From contig CAVPXA010000028.1 of NCBI GenBank assembly GCA_963709635.1, positions 70,020 to 134,019 on the forward strand: a stretch of DNA of 64,000 nt, read 5' to 3'. This document shows positions 1 to 10,194 of the stretch, piece by piece. A program made the translations under genes and the position numbers. Within the stretch, counting starts at the first letter, position 1; every line of letters starts with the position of its first letter. The notes beneath the pieces were generated by a model. That model did no database searches. It saw only the letters and a program-made list of their open reading frames with translations, and was not told the DNA's origin. Source of the DNA: an uncultured Thermoleophilia bacterium (GTDB taxonomy: Bacteria; Actinomycetota; Thermoleophilia; UBA2241).

Positions 1-2
1 AG

Positions 3-500
3 ATGACGGCCGGCATCAAGTCCGACATCCAGCGCCTGCAGGAGCAGGCCGCGGCGCGGGCGCAGGCCGCTGCAGAGGCGGCCGCGGCGCAGAACGGCGG
101 GGGCACCAGTACCGGCGGCGGGGGAGGCGGCGGCACGGTCATCGACCCGGGCGGCTCCGGCCACTCCGCGGTCGTCGCCATCGCCCAGCGCTACCTCGGC
201 GTGCCGTACGTGTACGGCGGCGCCAGCCCGAGCGGGTTCGACTGCAGCGGCCTCACGATGTACTGCTACGGGCAGGTCGGCATCGGCCTCGCTCACGGCG
301 CCACCATCCAGCAGCAGTCCAGCACGCCCGTGCCGCTCAATGCGCTGCAGCCGGGCGACCTCGTGTTCTTCGGCAATGCCAGCTACAGCTCCCACGTCGG
401 CATCTACGTCGGCGGCGGCAGCATGATCCACGCGCCGCACACCGGCGCCGTGGTCAGCTACGGCTCCATCGGCGGCGCCTGGATCGGCGGCCGGCCCTGA
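3..500 (+). CDS. NlpC/P60 (C40) peptidoglycan endopeptidase, C-terminal part (5' end outside window)
   Basis: ORF is open at the window start. Catalytic-domain motifs YVYGGASPSGFDCSGL and HVGIYVGGGSMIHAPHTG. TGA stop. Confidence 0.85.
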   Translation: MTAGIKSDIQRLQEQAAARAQAAAEAAAAQNGGGTSTGGGGGGGTVIDPGGSGHSAVVAIAQRYLGVPYVYGGASPSGFDCSGLTMYCYGQVGIGLAHGATIQQQSSTPVPLNALQPGDLVFFGNASYSSHVGIYVGGGSMIHAPHTGAVVSYGSIGGAWIGGRP

Positions 501-510
501 TCTTCCGCGA

Positions 511-558
511 GCCTGAGGACGCATTCCCGCCACGTGCATAGGGAATGCGTCCTCAGGC
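511..558 (+). terminator. Terminator-like hairpin after the first P60 gene
   Basis: Perfect 18-bp inverted repeat gcctgaggacgcattccc / gggaatgcgtcctcaggc with a 12-nt loop, 11 nt after the stop. No clear T-tract. Confidence 0.5.
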
Positions 559-634
559 TCGAATACGTTCTCACCCCGAACGGCAGCAAGCGACCGTGCG
601 TCACCTCTCAAGGACGCCGGAGGACAGCATCCAC

Positions 635-1672
635 GTGAATCAGCACAGCACCCTCATCCGCATCAGCACCCTCGCCTTGGTGGCGCTGGCGCTCCTGCTC
701 ATCACCGCGCCTGCCGCGCCCGCGGCCGGGTCGGTGGCCAAGGCCAAGCAGCGCCTCGAGGCCGTCCAGGCCCGCCTCTCCGACGTCTCCATGCAGTCGG
801 AGATCGCCGTGGAGAAGTACAACCAGGCCACCAGCCAGCTCGAGGCGGTGCAGGCCAAGATCGACGAGAACCAGCGCCAGCTCGAGACGACGCGCCACAA
901 CCTCGAGACGGCCAACGACCAGCTCACGCAGCGCGCGCGCAACATCTACAAGTCGCGCGACGTGAGTGTCGTCGACGTCATCTTCCAGGCCGACAGCTTC
1001 GACGAGCTCATCAGCCAGATGGACATGATGGAGCGGCTCGGCAACAGCGACGTCGACACGGTGCACGCCATCGCCGCCTACAAGCGCGAGATCAAGGACC
1101 GCCGCGTGCGTCTCCAGGCGGACGAGAAGTCCGCCGCCAAGCTGGTCGCCGAGCGCGAGCAGCACAAGAACGAGCTCATCGCGCTCGAGGCCGACCTCCA
1201 GGGCCTCACCGGCAAGATCAAGAAGCAGATCAAGAAGCTCAAGTACCAGGCCAAGCTCCGCGCCCAGCTGGCGCTCACGGGCTACAGCGGCCCTATCCCC
1301 GGCCCGGTCGACCCCAACAGCCCCGGGCACCCCGAGATCGTCGCCCTGGCGCAGCAGTACTTCGGCGTCCCCTACGTGTGGGGCGGCGCGAGCCCCAGCG
1401 GGTTCGACTGCTCCGGCCTCGTCTTGTACGTCTACGCGAAGATCGGCATCGGCATGTCCCACGGCGCCACCGACCAGCAGCGTTCGAGCACGCCGATCCC
1501 CCTCTCGGACCTCAAGCCGGGCGACTGCATCTTCTTCGGCAACGCGAGCTTCAGCCACCACGTCGCCATCTTCGTTGAGGGCACCACCTGCATCGAGGCG
1601 CCGCACACCGGCGACGTCGTCCGGTACGGCACGTGGACCGGCCGCGACGCCTGGATCGGCGGCCGGTTCTAG
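635..1672 (+). CDS. Secreted coiled-coil + NlpC/P60 peptidoglycan hydrolase (CwlO/RipA-like architecture)
   Basis: ORF 545..1672. I prefer GTG 635 (GGAGGA about 11 nt upstream), because ATG 545 lies inside the upstream hairpin. Signal-like LALVALALLLITAPAAPA, long Q/E/K/L-rich coiled-coil region, C-terminal YVWGGASPSGFDCSGL ... IEAPHTG. TAG stop. Confidence 0.85.
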   Translation: MNQHSTLIRISTLALVALALLLITAPAAPAAGSVAKAKQRLEAVQARLSDVSMQSEIAVEKYNQATSQLEAVQAKIDENQRQLETTRHNLETANDQLTQRARNIYKSRDVSVVDVIFQADSFDELISQMDMMERLGNSDVDTVHAIAAYKREIKDRRVRLQADEKSAAKLVAEREQHKNELIALEADLQGLTGKIKKQIKKLKYQAKLRAQLALTGYSGPIPGPVDPNSPGHPEIVALAQQYFGVPYVWGGASPSGFDCSGLVLYVYAKIGIGMSHGATDQQRSSTPIPLSDLKPGDCIFFGNASFSHHVAIFVEGTTCIEAPHTGDVVRYGTWTGRDAWIGGRF

Positions 1673-1813
1673 CCATCTGGCGCGCGGCGTGCCCAGGCGC
1701 GCCCACGGCCGCCCATCGGCGCTATCGCGTAGATCCGGCAGACAGGAGTAAGCTTTTACACGGTTCTGCCGAACTAGGACACGGAGAGAGAACCCGAGCG
1801 ACTGGGGCCGCGC

Positions 1814-2905
1814 ATGAGACCGATCGACGACCTGCTCAGCGAGATGATGGCGCGCAACGCGTCGGACCTGCACATCAAGGCCGGGAGCCCGCCGGTGATC
1901 CGCATCGACGGCGAGCTCACGCTGCTGGACGAGCCACCGCTCACCCCGGAGGACACCAAGGACATCGCGGCGTCGATCATGACCGACAAGCAGATCCGCC
2001 GCTTCAGCGAGCACAACGAGATCGACTTCGCCTACTCGGCCACCAACCTCGGCCGCTTCCGCGTCAACGTGTTCCGGCAGCGCGGCAGCATCAGCATCGC
2101 GATGCGCCAGGTGGCGATCAAGATCCCGACCTTCGAAGAGCTGCACCTCCCCGAGATCATCAAGCGCCTGGCGCTCGAGCCGCGCGGCCTCGTGCTGGTC
2201 ACCGGCACCACCGGCTCCGGCAAGACCACCACGCTGGCGGCGATGATCGACCACATCAACAACACCCTGCGCCGGCACGTCGTCACCGTGGAGGACCCCA
2301 TCGAGGTGCTCCACAAGGACAAGAAGTCGATCATCAACCAGCGCGAGATCGGCCTCGACACGGACAGCTACGCGACGGCGCTCAAGTACGTGCTGCGCCA
2401 GGACCCCGACGACATCCTCATCGGCGAGATGCGCGACCCGGAGACCGTCTCGGCGGCGCTCACGGCGGCCCAGACGGGCCACTTCGTGATGAGCACGCTG
2501 CACACCATCGACGCCACCGAGACCATCAACCGCATCATCGACTTCTTCCCGCTGCACCAGCAGAAGCAGATCCGCATCATGCTCGCCGGCACGCTCAAGG
2601 GCATCATCAGCCAGCGCCTCCTGGTCAAGGCCGACGGCACGGGCCGCGTGCCGGCCATCGAGATCATGGTGTGCACCAACCGCATCAGGGACTTCATCCT
2701 CGACCCGGACCAGTCGGGACTCATCCCGGACGCGATCAAGGAAGGCGACTTTTACGGCATGCAGACGTTCGACCAGGCCCTGCTCAACCTCTACGAGGAG
2801 GGGCTCATCACCCTGGCCGACGCGGCGCAGGTGGCGAGCAACCCGCACGACTTCAAGCTCCTCGTGCAGTCGCAGGGCCACGACGTCAGCCTGACGACGT
2901 TCTGA
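1814..2905 (+). CDS. pilT: Type IV pilus twitching-motility ATPase PilT
   Basis: 363 aa. Walker A GTTGSGKTTT, SDLHIKAGSPPVIRIDG, IGEMRDPET, HFVMSTLHT; typical PilT length and motifs. Confidence 0.9.
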   Translation: MRPIDDLLSEMMARNASDLHIKAGSPPVIRIDGELTLLDEPPLTPEDTKDIAASIMTDKQIRRFSEHNEIDFAYSATNLGRFRVNVFRQRGSISIAMRQVAIKIPTFEELHLPEIIKRLALEPRGLVLVTGTTGSGKTTTLAAMIDHINNTLRRHVVTVEDPIEVLHKDKKSIINQREIGLDTDSYATALKYVLRQDPDDILIGEMRDPETVSAALTAAQTGHFVMSTLHTIDATETINRIIDFFPLHQQKQIRIMLAGTLKGIISQRLLVKADGTGRVPAIEIMVCTNRIRDFILDPDQSGLIPDAIKEGDFYGMQTFDQALLNLYEEGLITLADAAQVASNPHDFKLLVQSQGHDVSLTTF

Positions 2906-2943
2906 CGCACGGCCGGCCGGCGAGGCCGGGCGCAGAGAGCAGA

Positions 2944-2979
2944 AACGGGCGGGGCGGCCTCGAGGCCGCCCCGCCCGTT
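2944..2979. terminator. Bidirectional terminator hairpin between convergent pilT and sigH
   Basis: 36-bp perfect palindrome aacgggcggggcggcctc/gaggccgccccgcccgtt. Confidence 0.5.
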
Positions 2980-3016
2980 CGTCATCTCTGTGGCCCCGCC
3001 CGGCGTCTCCGGCCGC

Positions 3017-3694
3017 TCAGCTCGGGACGCGCCGCCCCTCGAGGTGGAGGTCGACCTTGCGCTTGATGCGCTGCAGCGCATTGTCCACCGTCTTGCAGTC
3101 GCAGCCTAGCTCGCCGGCGATGCACTCGTAGCTGAGGCCCTGCAGATAGAGCCGCAGCACCTTGCCCTCGAGGTCCGAGAGCATGCCCGTAAGGCACATG
3201 GTGAGGCTGTCGACCTCCTCGGAGCTGATGACCTGGCTGATCGGGTCGTGCGTCGTCGGGCCCGGGAGCACGTCGGCCAGGGAGCAGTCGCCGTCGTCCG
3301 ACGAGTCGCTTGGCGACTGGCTGAACGAGAGATAGCCGTTCAGCGGCGAGTGCTTCTGCCTCGTGGCCGTCTTGATGGCGGTGATGATCTGCCGGGTGAT
3401 GCAGAGCTCCGCGAAGCTGCGAAAGCTGGCCAGACGGTCGTCGCGGTAGTCGCGCACGGCCTTGTAGAGGCCGAGCATGCCCTCCTGGATGAGGTCTTCG
3501 GCGTCCCCTCCGGCGAGGAAGTACGAACTGGCCTTGAGGCGCACGAATTGGTGGTACCGCAGCATAAGCGCGTCGAGCGCGGCCTGATTGCCGCGTCGAT
3601 AGGCCTGCACGAGAGCGAAGTCAGAACTCTCGCTGAAGAGTTGAGGGTTATGAGACGATCCCGAACTGCGGCTGCGGTCGGCCCTGGGAGCCAT
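3017..3694 (-). CDS. sigH: RNA polymerase sigma factor, SigH (Spo0H)-like sigma-70 family
   Basis: FRSFAELCITRQIITAIKTATRQKHSPLN closely matches the Bacillus SigH signature. Start taken at ATG 3694 (GGAGGTG upstream) rather than ORF-track ATG 3748. Sits after yacP-rlmB-cysS-gltX as in Bacillus. Confidence 0.8.
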   Translation of the reverse strand: MAPRADRSRSSGSSHNPQLFSESSDFALVQAYRRGNQAALDALMLRYHQFVRLKASSYFLAGGDAEDLIQEGMLGLYKAVRDYRDDRLASFRSFAELCITRQIITAIKTATRQKHSPLNGYLSFSQSPSDSSDDGDCSLADVLPGPTTHDPISQVISSEEVDSLTMCLTGMLSDLEGKVLRLYLQGLSYECIAGELGCDCKTVDNALQRIKRKVDLHLEGRRVPS

Positions 3695-3757
3695 CGTTGA
3701 ACCCCACCTCCGCTCGTTTGCCCCTGCACTTCCCGGAGTTTTCCCCATCCAGGAGGC

Positions 3758-4273
3758 CTACTGCGGCTTGTGGCGAAGTTCCTCGAGACGCCTTAAAGTC
3801 TCAGGGTCAACTTTATCCTCAAGCCTAGAGGGCATTCTATTGGAGTCTGGGGCAGAGTCAAGAGCCTGCCCCCGTTGCCCACCCAGACCCATCTCCGAGG
3901 CGAGCTCGAGCGGGGTCATGCGGCTCACTCCGGCGCGCGAGGCGGCGCGCTGGACCTCCTGGTCGGCCGAGACGACGATCACCTGGACATCGGCAGGCTG
4001 ACCGGCGATGCGCCGGGCGATGAGCGTGTCGGCGGTGAACCGTCCGCCGGCGAACACCACCTCGACCGGCGCGCCCTTGATGGGCTCGCTGCTGGTGCTG
4101 CGCGGGCCGCGGCCGTCGAAGACCAGCACGGCCCGTGCGCCCTGCAGGGCGGCGAAGCTCGCCAGACGGTCGGCCAGCCAGTCGCGGCGCGCGAAGATCT
4201 CCTCCTTCTCCGCGCCGCGGAAGAGCGCGTGCAGCACGTTGTAGCCGTCCACGATGTAGACGAGGCTGGTCAC
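3758..4273 (-). CDS. yacP: NYN-domain ribonuclease YacP/Rae1 family
   Basis: LVYIVDGYNVLHA ... VLVFDG ... VVFAG ... ADTLI ... VVSAD pattern. GTG 4273 overlaps the rlmB TGA (GTGA). The long upstream part of ORF 3758..5176 is overprinting. TAG stop. Confidence 0.8.
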   Translation of the reverse strand: MTSLVYIVDGYNVLHALFRGAEKEEIFARRDWLADRLASFAALQGARAVLVFDGRGPRSTSSEPIKGAPVEVVFAGGRFTADTLIARRIAGQPADVQVIVVSADQEVQRAASRAGVSRMTPLELASEMGLGGQRGQALDSAPDSNRMPSRLEDKVDPETLRRLEELRHKPQ

Positions 4274-5025
4274 CGCGAGGAGTCCTGCCTCGAGCCGCCG
4301 GGCGTGCCTGCGGCCGGCCCGGCGGCCGCCTCGCGCTGCCGCCGCGCCTCGTAGAGCAGGAGCGCGGCGGCCACGCTCACGTTGAGGCTCTCCACCGCGG
4401 GATCCATGGGGATGGAGACGAGCGCGTCGCACGTCTTGGCCACCAGCGGCCGCAGGCCCCGTCCCTCGGCGCCCAAGACGAGCACGACACGGCCGGTGAG
4501 GTCCGTCCTGAGGTACGAGGCGGCCGCCTCGCCCGCCGCGCCGTAGACCCAGAACCCGTGGTCGCGGGCGCGGAGCAGAAAGGAGACCACGTTGGTCACC
4601 TGCGCGACCGGCAGGAGCTCGAGGATGCCGGCCGAGGACTTGACCGCCGCCGGCGTGACGTGGGCCGACCGGTGCCTGGGCACGACCAGGCCACCGGCGC
4701 CGGCGGCGAGCGCGCTGCGCGCCACTGCCCCGAGGTTGTGCGGGTCGGTGACCTCGTCCAGCACCACCAGCACCTCGGCGCCGAGCAGCCGGTCGGCGTC
4801 GGCGTACGGGTAGCCGTCCACCTGCAGGGCCACGCCCTGGTGCTCGCGCGTGCCCAGCAGCTCGTCGAGCTGGTGCGCGCTCACTGTGTCCACCGGCAGG
4901 TCCTCGGGGACGAGGCCGGCGACGGTGTCCAGCGCCGTCGGGGTCGCGGCGAGCCTGTGGAGACGCCGCCGCGCGCCGGCCCCCAAGGCGATCCTGACCA
5001 CGTTCCTGCCGTACAGCCACTCCAT
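4270..5025 (-). CDS. rlmB: 23S rRNA (guanosine-2'-O)-methyltransferase RlmB, SpoU/TrmH family
   Basis: 251 aa. LDEVTDPHNLGAVARSA, LVLGAEGRGLRP, IPM...ESLNVSVAAALLLYE. Confidence 0.85.
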   Translation of the reverse strand: MEWLYGRNVVRIALGAGARRRLHRLAATPTALDTVAGLVPEDLPVDTVSAHQLDELLGTREHQGVALQVDGYPYADADRLLGAEVLVVLDEVTDPHNLGAVARSALAAGAGGLVVPRHRSAHVTPAAVKSSAGILELLPVAQVTNVVSFLLRARDHGFWVYGAAGEAAASYLRTDLTGRVVLVLGAEGRGLRPLVAKTCDALVSIPMDPAVESLNVSVAAALLLYEARRQREAAAGPAAGTPGGSRQDSSR

Positions 5026-5062
5026 GGCTCATGCGCCTCCGGGCCGCCTGTACACTCTGACC

Positions 5063-5455
5063 ATGCCCATCGACATCCCACCCGGCTCCCTGGCGGCCGT
5101 GATCATCCGCGCGCTGTTCTGGTGGACGGTGCTCTCGCCGGCGGCGCTGCTCGCCGTGGCCGCCCTGTGCGGCCACCGGCCGCGGCTCGGCGGCGCGCTG
5201 ACGATCGTCGTCCTCGCGCCGCCTCTCGTGACGCTCCTCCCCGTGGCCGTGATGAGCGGCGCTCCGCAGGCGATCGCGGCGGCGGCCGGGGCGGCCGCGC
5301 TGGCCGCCGCCCTGGTGCTGGCGGCGCTCGGCCTCGTGACCGCCCGGCGCGACGCCGGTCGCTCCGGGCGGTACGCCACCGCGGCGCTGTTGACCGGTGT
5401 CGCCGGCGGCATGATCGGGTCCTTCGCGCTCGTCGGGACGCTGGTCTTCAGCTGA
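5063..5455 (+). CDS. Hypothetical small membrane protein (about 4 hydrophobic segments)
   Basis: It fills the rlmB-cysS gap on the opposite strand. ATG 5063. Ala/Leu/Val-rich TM-like stretches. No recognisable family, and it could be spurious in this GC context. Confidence 0.35.
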   Translation: MPIDIPPGSLAAVIIRALFWWTVLSPAALLAVAALCGHRPRLGGALTIVVLAPPLVTLLPVAVMSGAPQAIAAAAGAAALAAALVLAALGLVTARRDAGRSGRYATAALLTGVAGGMIGSFALVGTLVFS

Positions 5456-5461
5456 TCCGCC

Positions 5462-7012
5462 CTACTTCCTGACGACCTGCGTGCCCTGAGGGGTGTCGCG
5501 GACCTCGAACCCGGCCGCCTGGATCTCGTCGCGGAGCCTGTCGGCGTCGGCCCACTGCTTCTCCGCCCGGCAGTGGTCGCGCAGCACGCACGCGTAGCTC
5601 GCGTCCTCGCAGGCGAGCCGGTCGGCGTAGACGAGCGCCACGTCGTCCCAGCGGCCTTCTTCGGCGAGCCGGGCCGCCGGGAGCAGCGCGACGCCGCCGG
5701 TGACGCAGGCGTCCGCCTCCTCCCCGGCCACCGTACCCGCGGCGGTGAGGCCTGCCGCAGTCCCAGGCGCCGGGATGAGGAGCACAGTGAGGGACCCGCG
5801 CAACACGTCGGCGACCGTGGTGAGCGCATCGGAGTCGAGCGGGGAGTCCCCGCGGTCGACGTCCGTGAGGTAGCGGTGCATCTCGCCGACCAGTCCGAAG
5901 AGCTCGCCGAGCGCGCCGGCCGTGTTGAGGTCGTCGTCCATCCGCTCGCCGAACGCGAGGCGCGCGGCCTCCGCCCGGAGCGTGAGGTCCGGGCACTCGC
6001 CGCGCGCCGCCGCCCTGCCGGCGTTGGCCACGCGGAAGTCGATGTCGGCGAAGGCCGCGGCGAAGCGGCCGTAGGCGGCCTTCGCCTCGTCCAGCTTCTC
6101 GGTGCTGAACTCGAGCGGGCTGCGGTAATGCGTGGTGAGGAAGTAGGTGAGCACCACCGCCGGCTCGTAGCGGTCGAGTACTTCCCGCAACAGGAAGATG
6201 TTGCCCACGCTCTTGGCCATCTTCTCGCCCTCGCTGCGGATCATGCCGTTGTGCATCCAGATCTTGGCGAACGGCAGACCGGCCGCTTCGCTCTGGGCGA
6301 TCTCGTTCTCGTGGTGCGGGAAGATGAGGTCGCGGCCGCCGCCGTGCACGTCGAACCCGGCGCCGAGGTAGCGCAGGCCCATGGCCGAGCACTCGATGTG
6401 CCAGCCGGGCCGGCCCAGGCCCCAAGGCGAATCCCAGGCCGGCTCGCCCGGCTTGGCGGCCTTCCAGACGGCGAAGTCCAGGGGGTCGGCCTTGCCGGGC
6501 TCGGTGTCGACGCGCACGCCCTCCTCGAGTTCGTCGATGCGCTGCTTGCTGAGCTTGCCGTACTCGTCGAAGCTGCGCACCTTGAAGTACACGCTGCCGT
6601 CGGCCTCGTAGGCGTGGCCGCCGGAGACGAGCTGGCAGACGAGGTCGATGATCTCCGGGACCGTCTCCGTGGCCTTGGGCTCCACGTCGGGACGCGGGAT
6701 GCCCAGCCGGTCGGTGTCCCCGACGTAGGCGGCGGTGTACTCCTCCGCCACCGCCGCCGAGTCGCGCCCCTCTTCGTTCGCCTTCTTGATGATCTTGTCG
6801 TCGACGTCGGTGATGTTGGTGACCAGCTTGACGTCGAGACCGCGGTACGCGAGCCACGAGCGGAGGACGGCGAACGTGACGTAGGGACGCGCATTGCCGA
6901 TGTGCACCAGGTTGTAGACCGTGGGGCCGCAGCAGTAGATGCCGGCCTTGCCGGGGTCGCGGGGCTCGAACGGCTCCTTCTGCTGGCTCAGCGAGTTGAA
7001 GAGGCGGATCAC
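5462..7012 (-). CDS. cysS: Cysteine--tRNA ligase
   Basis: 516 aa. [17 protein letters not shown] (HIGH) and KMAKSVGN (KMSKS). 4-nt overlap with gltX. TAG stop. Confidence 0.95.
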   Translation of the reverse strand: MIRLFNSLSQQKEPFEPRDPGKAGIYCCGPTVYNLVHIGNARPYVTFAVLRSWLAYRGLDVKLVTNITDVDDKIIKKANEEGRDSAAVAEEYTAAYVGDTDRLGIPRPDVEPKATETVPEIIDLVCQLVSGGHAYEADGSVYFKVRSFDEYGKLSKQRIDELEEGVRVDTEPGKADPLDFAVWKAAKPGEPAWDSPWGLGRPGWHIECSAMGLRYLGAGFDVHGGGRDLIFPHHENEIAQSEAAGLPFAKIWMHNGMIRSEGEKMAKSVGNIFLLREVLDRYEPAVVLTYFLTTHYRSPLEFSTEKLDEAKAAYGRFAAAFADIDFRVANAGRAAARGECPDLTLRAEAARLAFGERMDDDLNTAGALGELFGLVGEMHRYLTDVDRGDSPLDSDALTTVADVLRGSLTVLLIPAPGTAAGLTAAGTVAGEEADACVTGGVALLPAARLAEEGRWDDVALVYADRLACEDASYACVLRDHCRAEKQWADADRLRDEIQAAGFEVRDTPQGTQVVRK

Positions 7013-8463
7013 GGCTGGTCTCCTGGTGTGGGGGTGGACTCACCGGCAGCGTTCCCGGCGAGGGTGAGGTCGAGTCGCGCAAGGGCGGCGTCGCGCGCGA
7101 GTGCGGCGAGCACGAACGGCAGCTCGGGTCCGTGCTCCGCGGACGTGAGCGCGATGCGCAGCGGCATGAGCAGGTCGCGGGCGGCGATGCCCTGCTCCTT
7201 GCCCCAGGCGCGATACGCGGCGAGGAGGTCGCGGGCGCCGGCGGGCGTGAGCCACTCCGGCGCCTCGGCGCGCAGCGTGCGGACGCGCGCGAGCTGGGGC
7301 GCGGCAGCGCGCGCGGCGGCGCGGAGTTCCGGCGGCGGAGGCGGCGGCGCGAGCACCTCCGCCGCGGCCGCCGCGGCGTCTCCGTACCGGACCAGCGACG
7401 GCTGGAAGGCGGCCGCGAGCGCGGCCGCCGCCTGCGGCGGCGTCCCGCCCGGCAGCCGCTCCGCGAAGCGGCGCTCGTGCTCCTCCGGCGCGAGCGCCAT
7501 GATGCGCTCGTGGTCGAGCCAGTCGAGCTTGGCGAGGTCGAACACCGCCGGGCTCGGTGAGAGCCTCCCGAGGTCGAACTCGCGGACGAGGCGGTCGAGC
7601 TCGAGCACCTCGTCCTCCCCGTGCGACCACCCGAGCAGTGCCAGGTAGTTCACGATCGCCTCGGGCAGGTACCCGAGCTCGCGGTAGTCGCCCACCGCGG
7701 TGGCGCCGTGGCGCTTGCTGAGCTTGCCGCCGTCCGGGCCGAGCACCATGGAGTGGTGCGCCCAGCGCGGCACGGGCGCTCCGAGCGCCTCGAACAGGAG
7801 CTGTTGCCGCGCGGTGTTGGTGAGGTGGTCGTCGCCGCGGATGACGTGAGTGATGCCCATGTCGCGGTCGTCGACGACGGTGGCGAAGTTGTAGCCGGCC
7901 ACGCCGTCGGAGCGGACGATGATGGGGTCGCCGAGCGCGTCCGCGCCGATGACGACGTCGCCGCGGATGAGGTCGCCGACGACGACCTCACCGGCCGGCA
8001 CCTTGAAGCGCACGGCCGCCGGCTCTCCCGCGTCCAGCCGGCGGCGCACCTCGTCGGCCGGCAGGCCGAGGCAGCGGCGGTCGTAGCGCGGGGTGTGGCC
8101 GGAGGCGAGCGCCTCGCGGCGCAGCTGCTCGAGGCGCTCCTCGGGGCAGAAGCAGTGGTACGCCTGCCCCGACGCCAGCAGCTCGGCGGCCGCGGCGCGG
8201 TGGCGCTCAAGCCGCTCGCTCTGGCGGTACGGGCCGGATGGACCTCCGACGTCCGGCCCCTCGTCCCACGCGAGGCCCAGCCAGCGCAGGTCGGCCATGA
8301 TGCTCGCCTCGAGGGCGGCGTCCGAGCGCGCGGCGTCCGTGTCGTCGACGCGGAGGACGAACGCGCCGCCGCTGTGCCGGGCGAAGAGGTAGTTGTAGAG
8401 CGCCGTGCGCGCCGAACCGATGTGCAGCGTGCCCGTCGGGCTCGGCGCGAAGCGTACTCTCAC
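7009..8463 (-). CDS. gltX: Glutamate--tRNA ligase
   Basis: 484 aa. MRVRFAPSPTGTLHIGSARTALYNY and KLSKRHG. GTG start. Confidence 0.95.
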   Translation of the reverse strand: MRVRFAPSPTGTLHIGSARTALYNYLFARHSGGAFVLRVDDTDAARSDAALEASIMADLRWLGLAWDEGPDVGGPSGPYRQSERLERHRAAAAELLASGQAYHCFCPEERLEQLRREALASGHTPRYDRRCLGLPADEVRRRLDAGEPAAVRFKVPAGEVVVGDLIRGDVVIGADALGDPIIVRSDGVAGYNFATVVDDRDMGITHVIRGDDHLTNTARQQLLFEALGAPVPRWAHHSMVLGPDGGKLSKRHGATAVGDYRELGYLPEAIVNYLALLGWSHGEDEVLELDRLVREFDLGRLSPSPAVFDLAKLDWLDHERIMALAPEEHERRFAERLPGGTPPQAAAALAAAFQPSLVRYGDAAAAAAEVLAPPPPPPELRAAARAAAPQLARVRTLRAEAPEWLTPAGARDLLAAYRAWGKEQGIAARDLLMPLRIALTSAEHGPELPFVLAALARDAALARLDLTLAGNAAGESTPTPGDQP

Positions 8464-8601
8464 TGTGTGGTCGAGGGTTATCTCTGCTCCTCCGGCGACG
8501 CGAATTCCCCTGCAAACAGGTCGAGTCTATCATCCTGCCTTGGTATGCTTGCGGCCGTGATGCGGCGGGCGTCCCGCCCGCCGCGGCGAGGGGAGGACCG
8601 C

Positions 8602-10078
8602 GTGCCGTACGACCAGACGCAGACACCGTACCTCGACGCCGCGCTGCGCTACCGCGCCACGGGCTACACGCCGTTCCACACGCCGGGCCACAAGCTCGGC
8701 AAGGGGGCGCCGGCGGGCCTGCGCGAGTTCATGGGCGACCAGGCGCTGGCAGTCGGACCTCCCCATGGCCGGTGGCGTGGAAGACACGCGCGAGTCCACG
8801 GGCCTCATCCACCTCGCCGAAGAGTATGCCGCCGAGGCCTGGGGCTCAGACCGTGCCTGGTTCCTCGTCAACGGCTCCACCAGCGGCGTCCACGCCCTGC
8901 TGCTCACGCTGGGGGGTCCGGGCAAGACCGTCATCGTGCCTCGCAACGCGCACAAGTCCATGCTTGCGGGGCTCATCTTCACCGGCTCCATACCGCTGTA
9001 CATGGAGCCGGCCATCGACCCTCTCTGGGGCATCCCGCTGCAGGTCCGTGCCGCGGACGCGCTGGCCGCGCTGGAGCAGGCTCCGGACGCCTGCGGGCTG
9101 TTCGTCACCTCCCCTACCTACAACGGCCTCGGCGCCGACCTCCCGCGCATCGGCGAGCTCGCTCACCGCTCCGGCATCCCCTTCGTCACCGACCAGGCCT
9201 GGGGACCGCACCTGCGCTTCTGCCCCGAGCTGCCGGTGGATGCCATGACCGCGGGAGCGGACGCCGCCGTGGTGAGCACGCACAAGCTCATCAGCGGCGT
9301 CACGCAGTCGGCGGTGCTCATGGCGCGCGCGGAGAGGCTCAACCTCGCGCGCCTCGACGGCATGGTGCACATGACGCAGAGCACCAGCCCGCAGGTGCTC
9401 ATGTACGCGAGCATCGACGCGGCGCGGCAGCAGATGGCGGTGGACGGCGCCGAGCTGTGGCGGGGCGCCATCGAGCTGGCCGACTGGGCGCGCGAGCGGA
9501 TCGCGGCGCTGCCCGGCCTCCGCTGTCTGGGCCGCGAGCTGCTCGAGCGCGACGGCGTCGCCGAGTTCGACCCCACGCGGCTCACCGTGTCCGCCTGCGG
9601 CCTCGGCCTGAACGGCTTCCAGCTCGAGACCATGTTGCGCGACGACTACCGCATCGCGGTGGAGGCGGCCGACCCGCTCAACATCGTGCTCAACGTCACC
9701 TTCGGGGACTCGCACGGCGACGTCGACCTGCTGGTCGCCGCGCTCCGCGACCTCTCGGCCCGCCACGCCGACGCCACCGCGGCCGACGTGGCGGCGGCGT
9801 GCTCCACGCTCCTCGCCCACACGCCGCCGTTCACCCGCCAGGTGCTCTCGCCGCGCGACGCCGTGTTCGCCACCGCGGTAGCGAAGCCGCTGGCTGAGTG
9901 CGCCGGCGAGGTGAGCGCCGAGATGGTCACGCCGTACCCGCCGGGCATCCCTGTGCTCGGTCCCGGCGAGGAGATCTCCTCCGAGATCGTCGCCTACCTC
10001 GGCGAGGCGTCGGCCACCGGCCTCAAGGTCCACGGGCCGGAGGACCGCGCGCTGCGCACCCTGCGCGTGGTCGCGTGA
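8602..10078 (+). pseudogene. Orn/Lys/Arg decarboxylase family PLP enzyme; frame broken by a 1-nt indel near 8754 (probable assembly error)
   Basis: N-terminal 50 aa (VPYDQTQTPYLDAALRYRATGYTPFHTPGHKLGKG) are in the frame of ORF 7621..9897. The rest is in ORF 8765..10078 (FLVNGSTSGVHALL, STHKLISG). GTG 8602 with GGGAGGA upstream. Confidence 0.8.
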
Positions 10079-10194
10079 CGACCCGCCCGGCGCCAGGCTT
10101 CAAGAACAAGGCGGCCGCGGCCGACTGTAGTCTCAGGAGGAGTCGCGGTCCCCGCGCCCGAAGACTCCCGCGACATGCGGACAGAGGAGGCAGC

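Noticed and set aside
608-3066. Long ORFs 608..2881 (-, 757 aa) and 1633..3066 (+, 477 aa) overlapping the P60 and pilT genes.
   Set aside because: Their translations are Arg/Ala/Gly/Pro/His-rich low-complexity strings with no motifs. They lie antisense or out of frame to genes with unmistakable homology. This is typical GC-driven overprinting.
8464-8601. T-box leader upstream of gltX.
   Set aside because: The spacer is only 138 nt and is shared with a divergent gene. No T-box sequence (AANNNGGGTGGTACCGCG-like) or specifier-loop architecture is visible.
5573-9897. ORFs 5573..7648 (+, 691 aa), 5448..7082 (-), 7621..9897 (+, 758 aa upstream part) and many shorter ones across cysS/gltX.
   Set aside because: The same reasoning applies. 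cysS and gltX on the minus strand carry HIGH/KMSKS motifs and account for the region. Only the short N-terminal decarboxylase segment of 7621..9897 is real.
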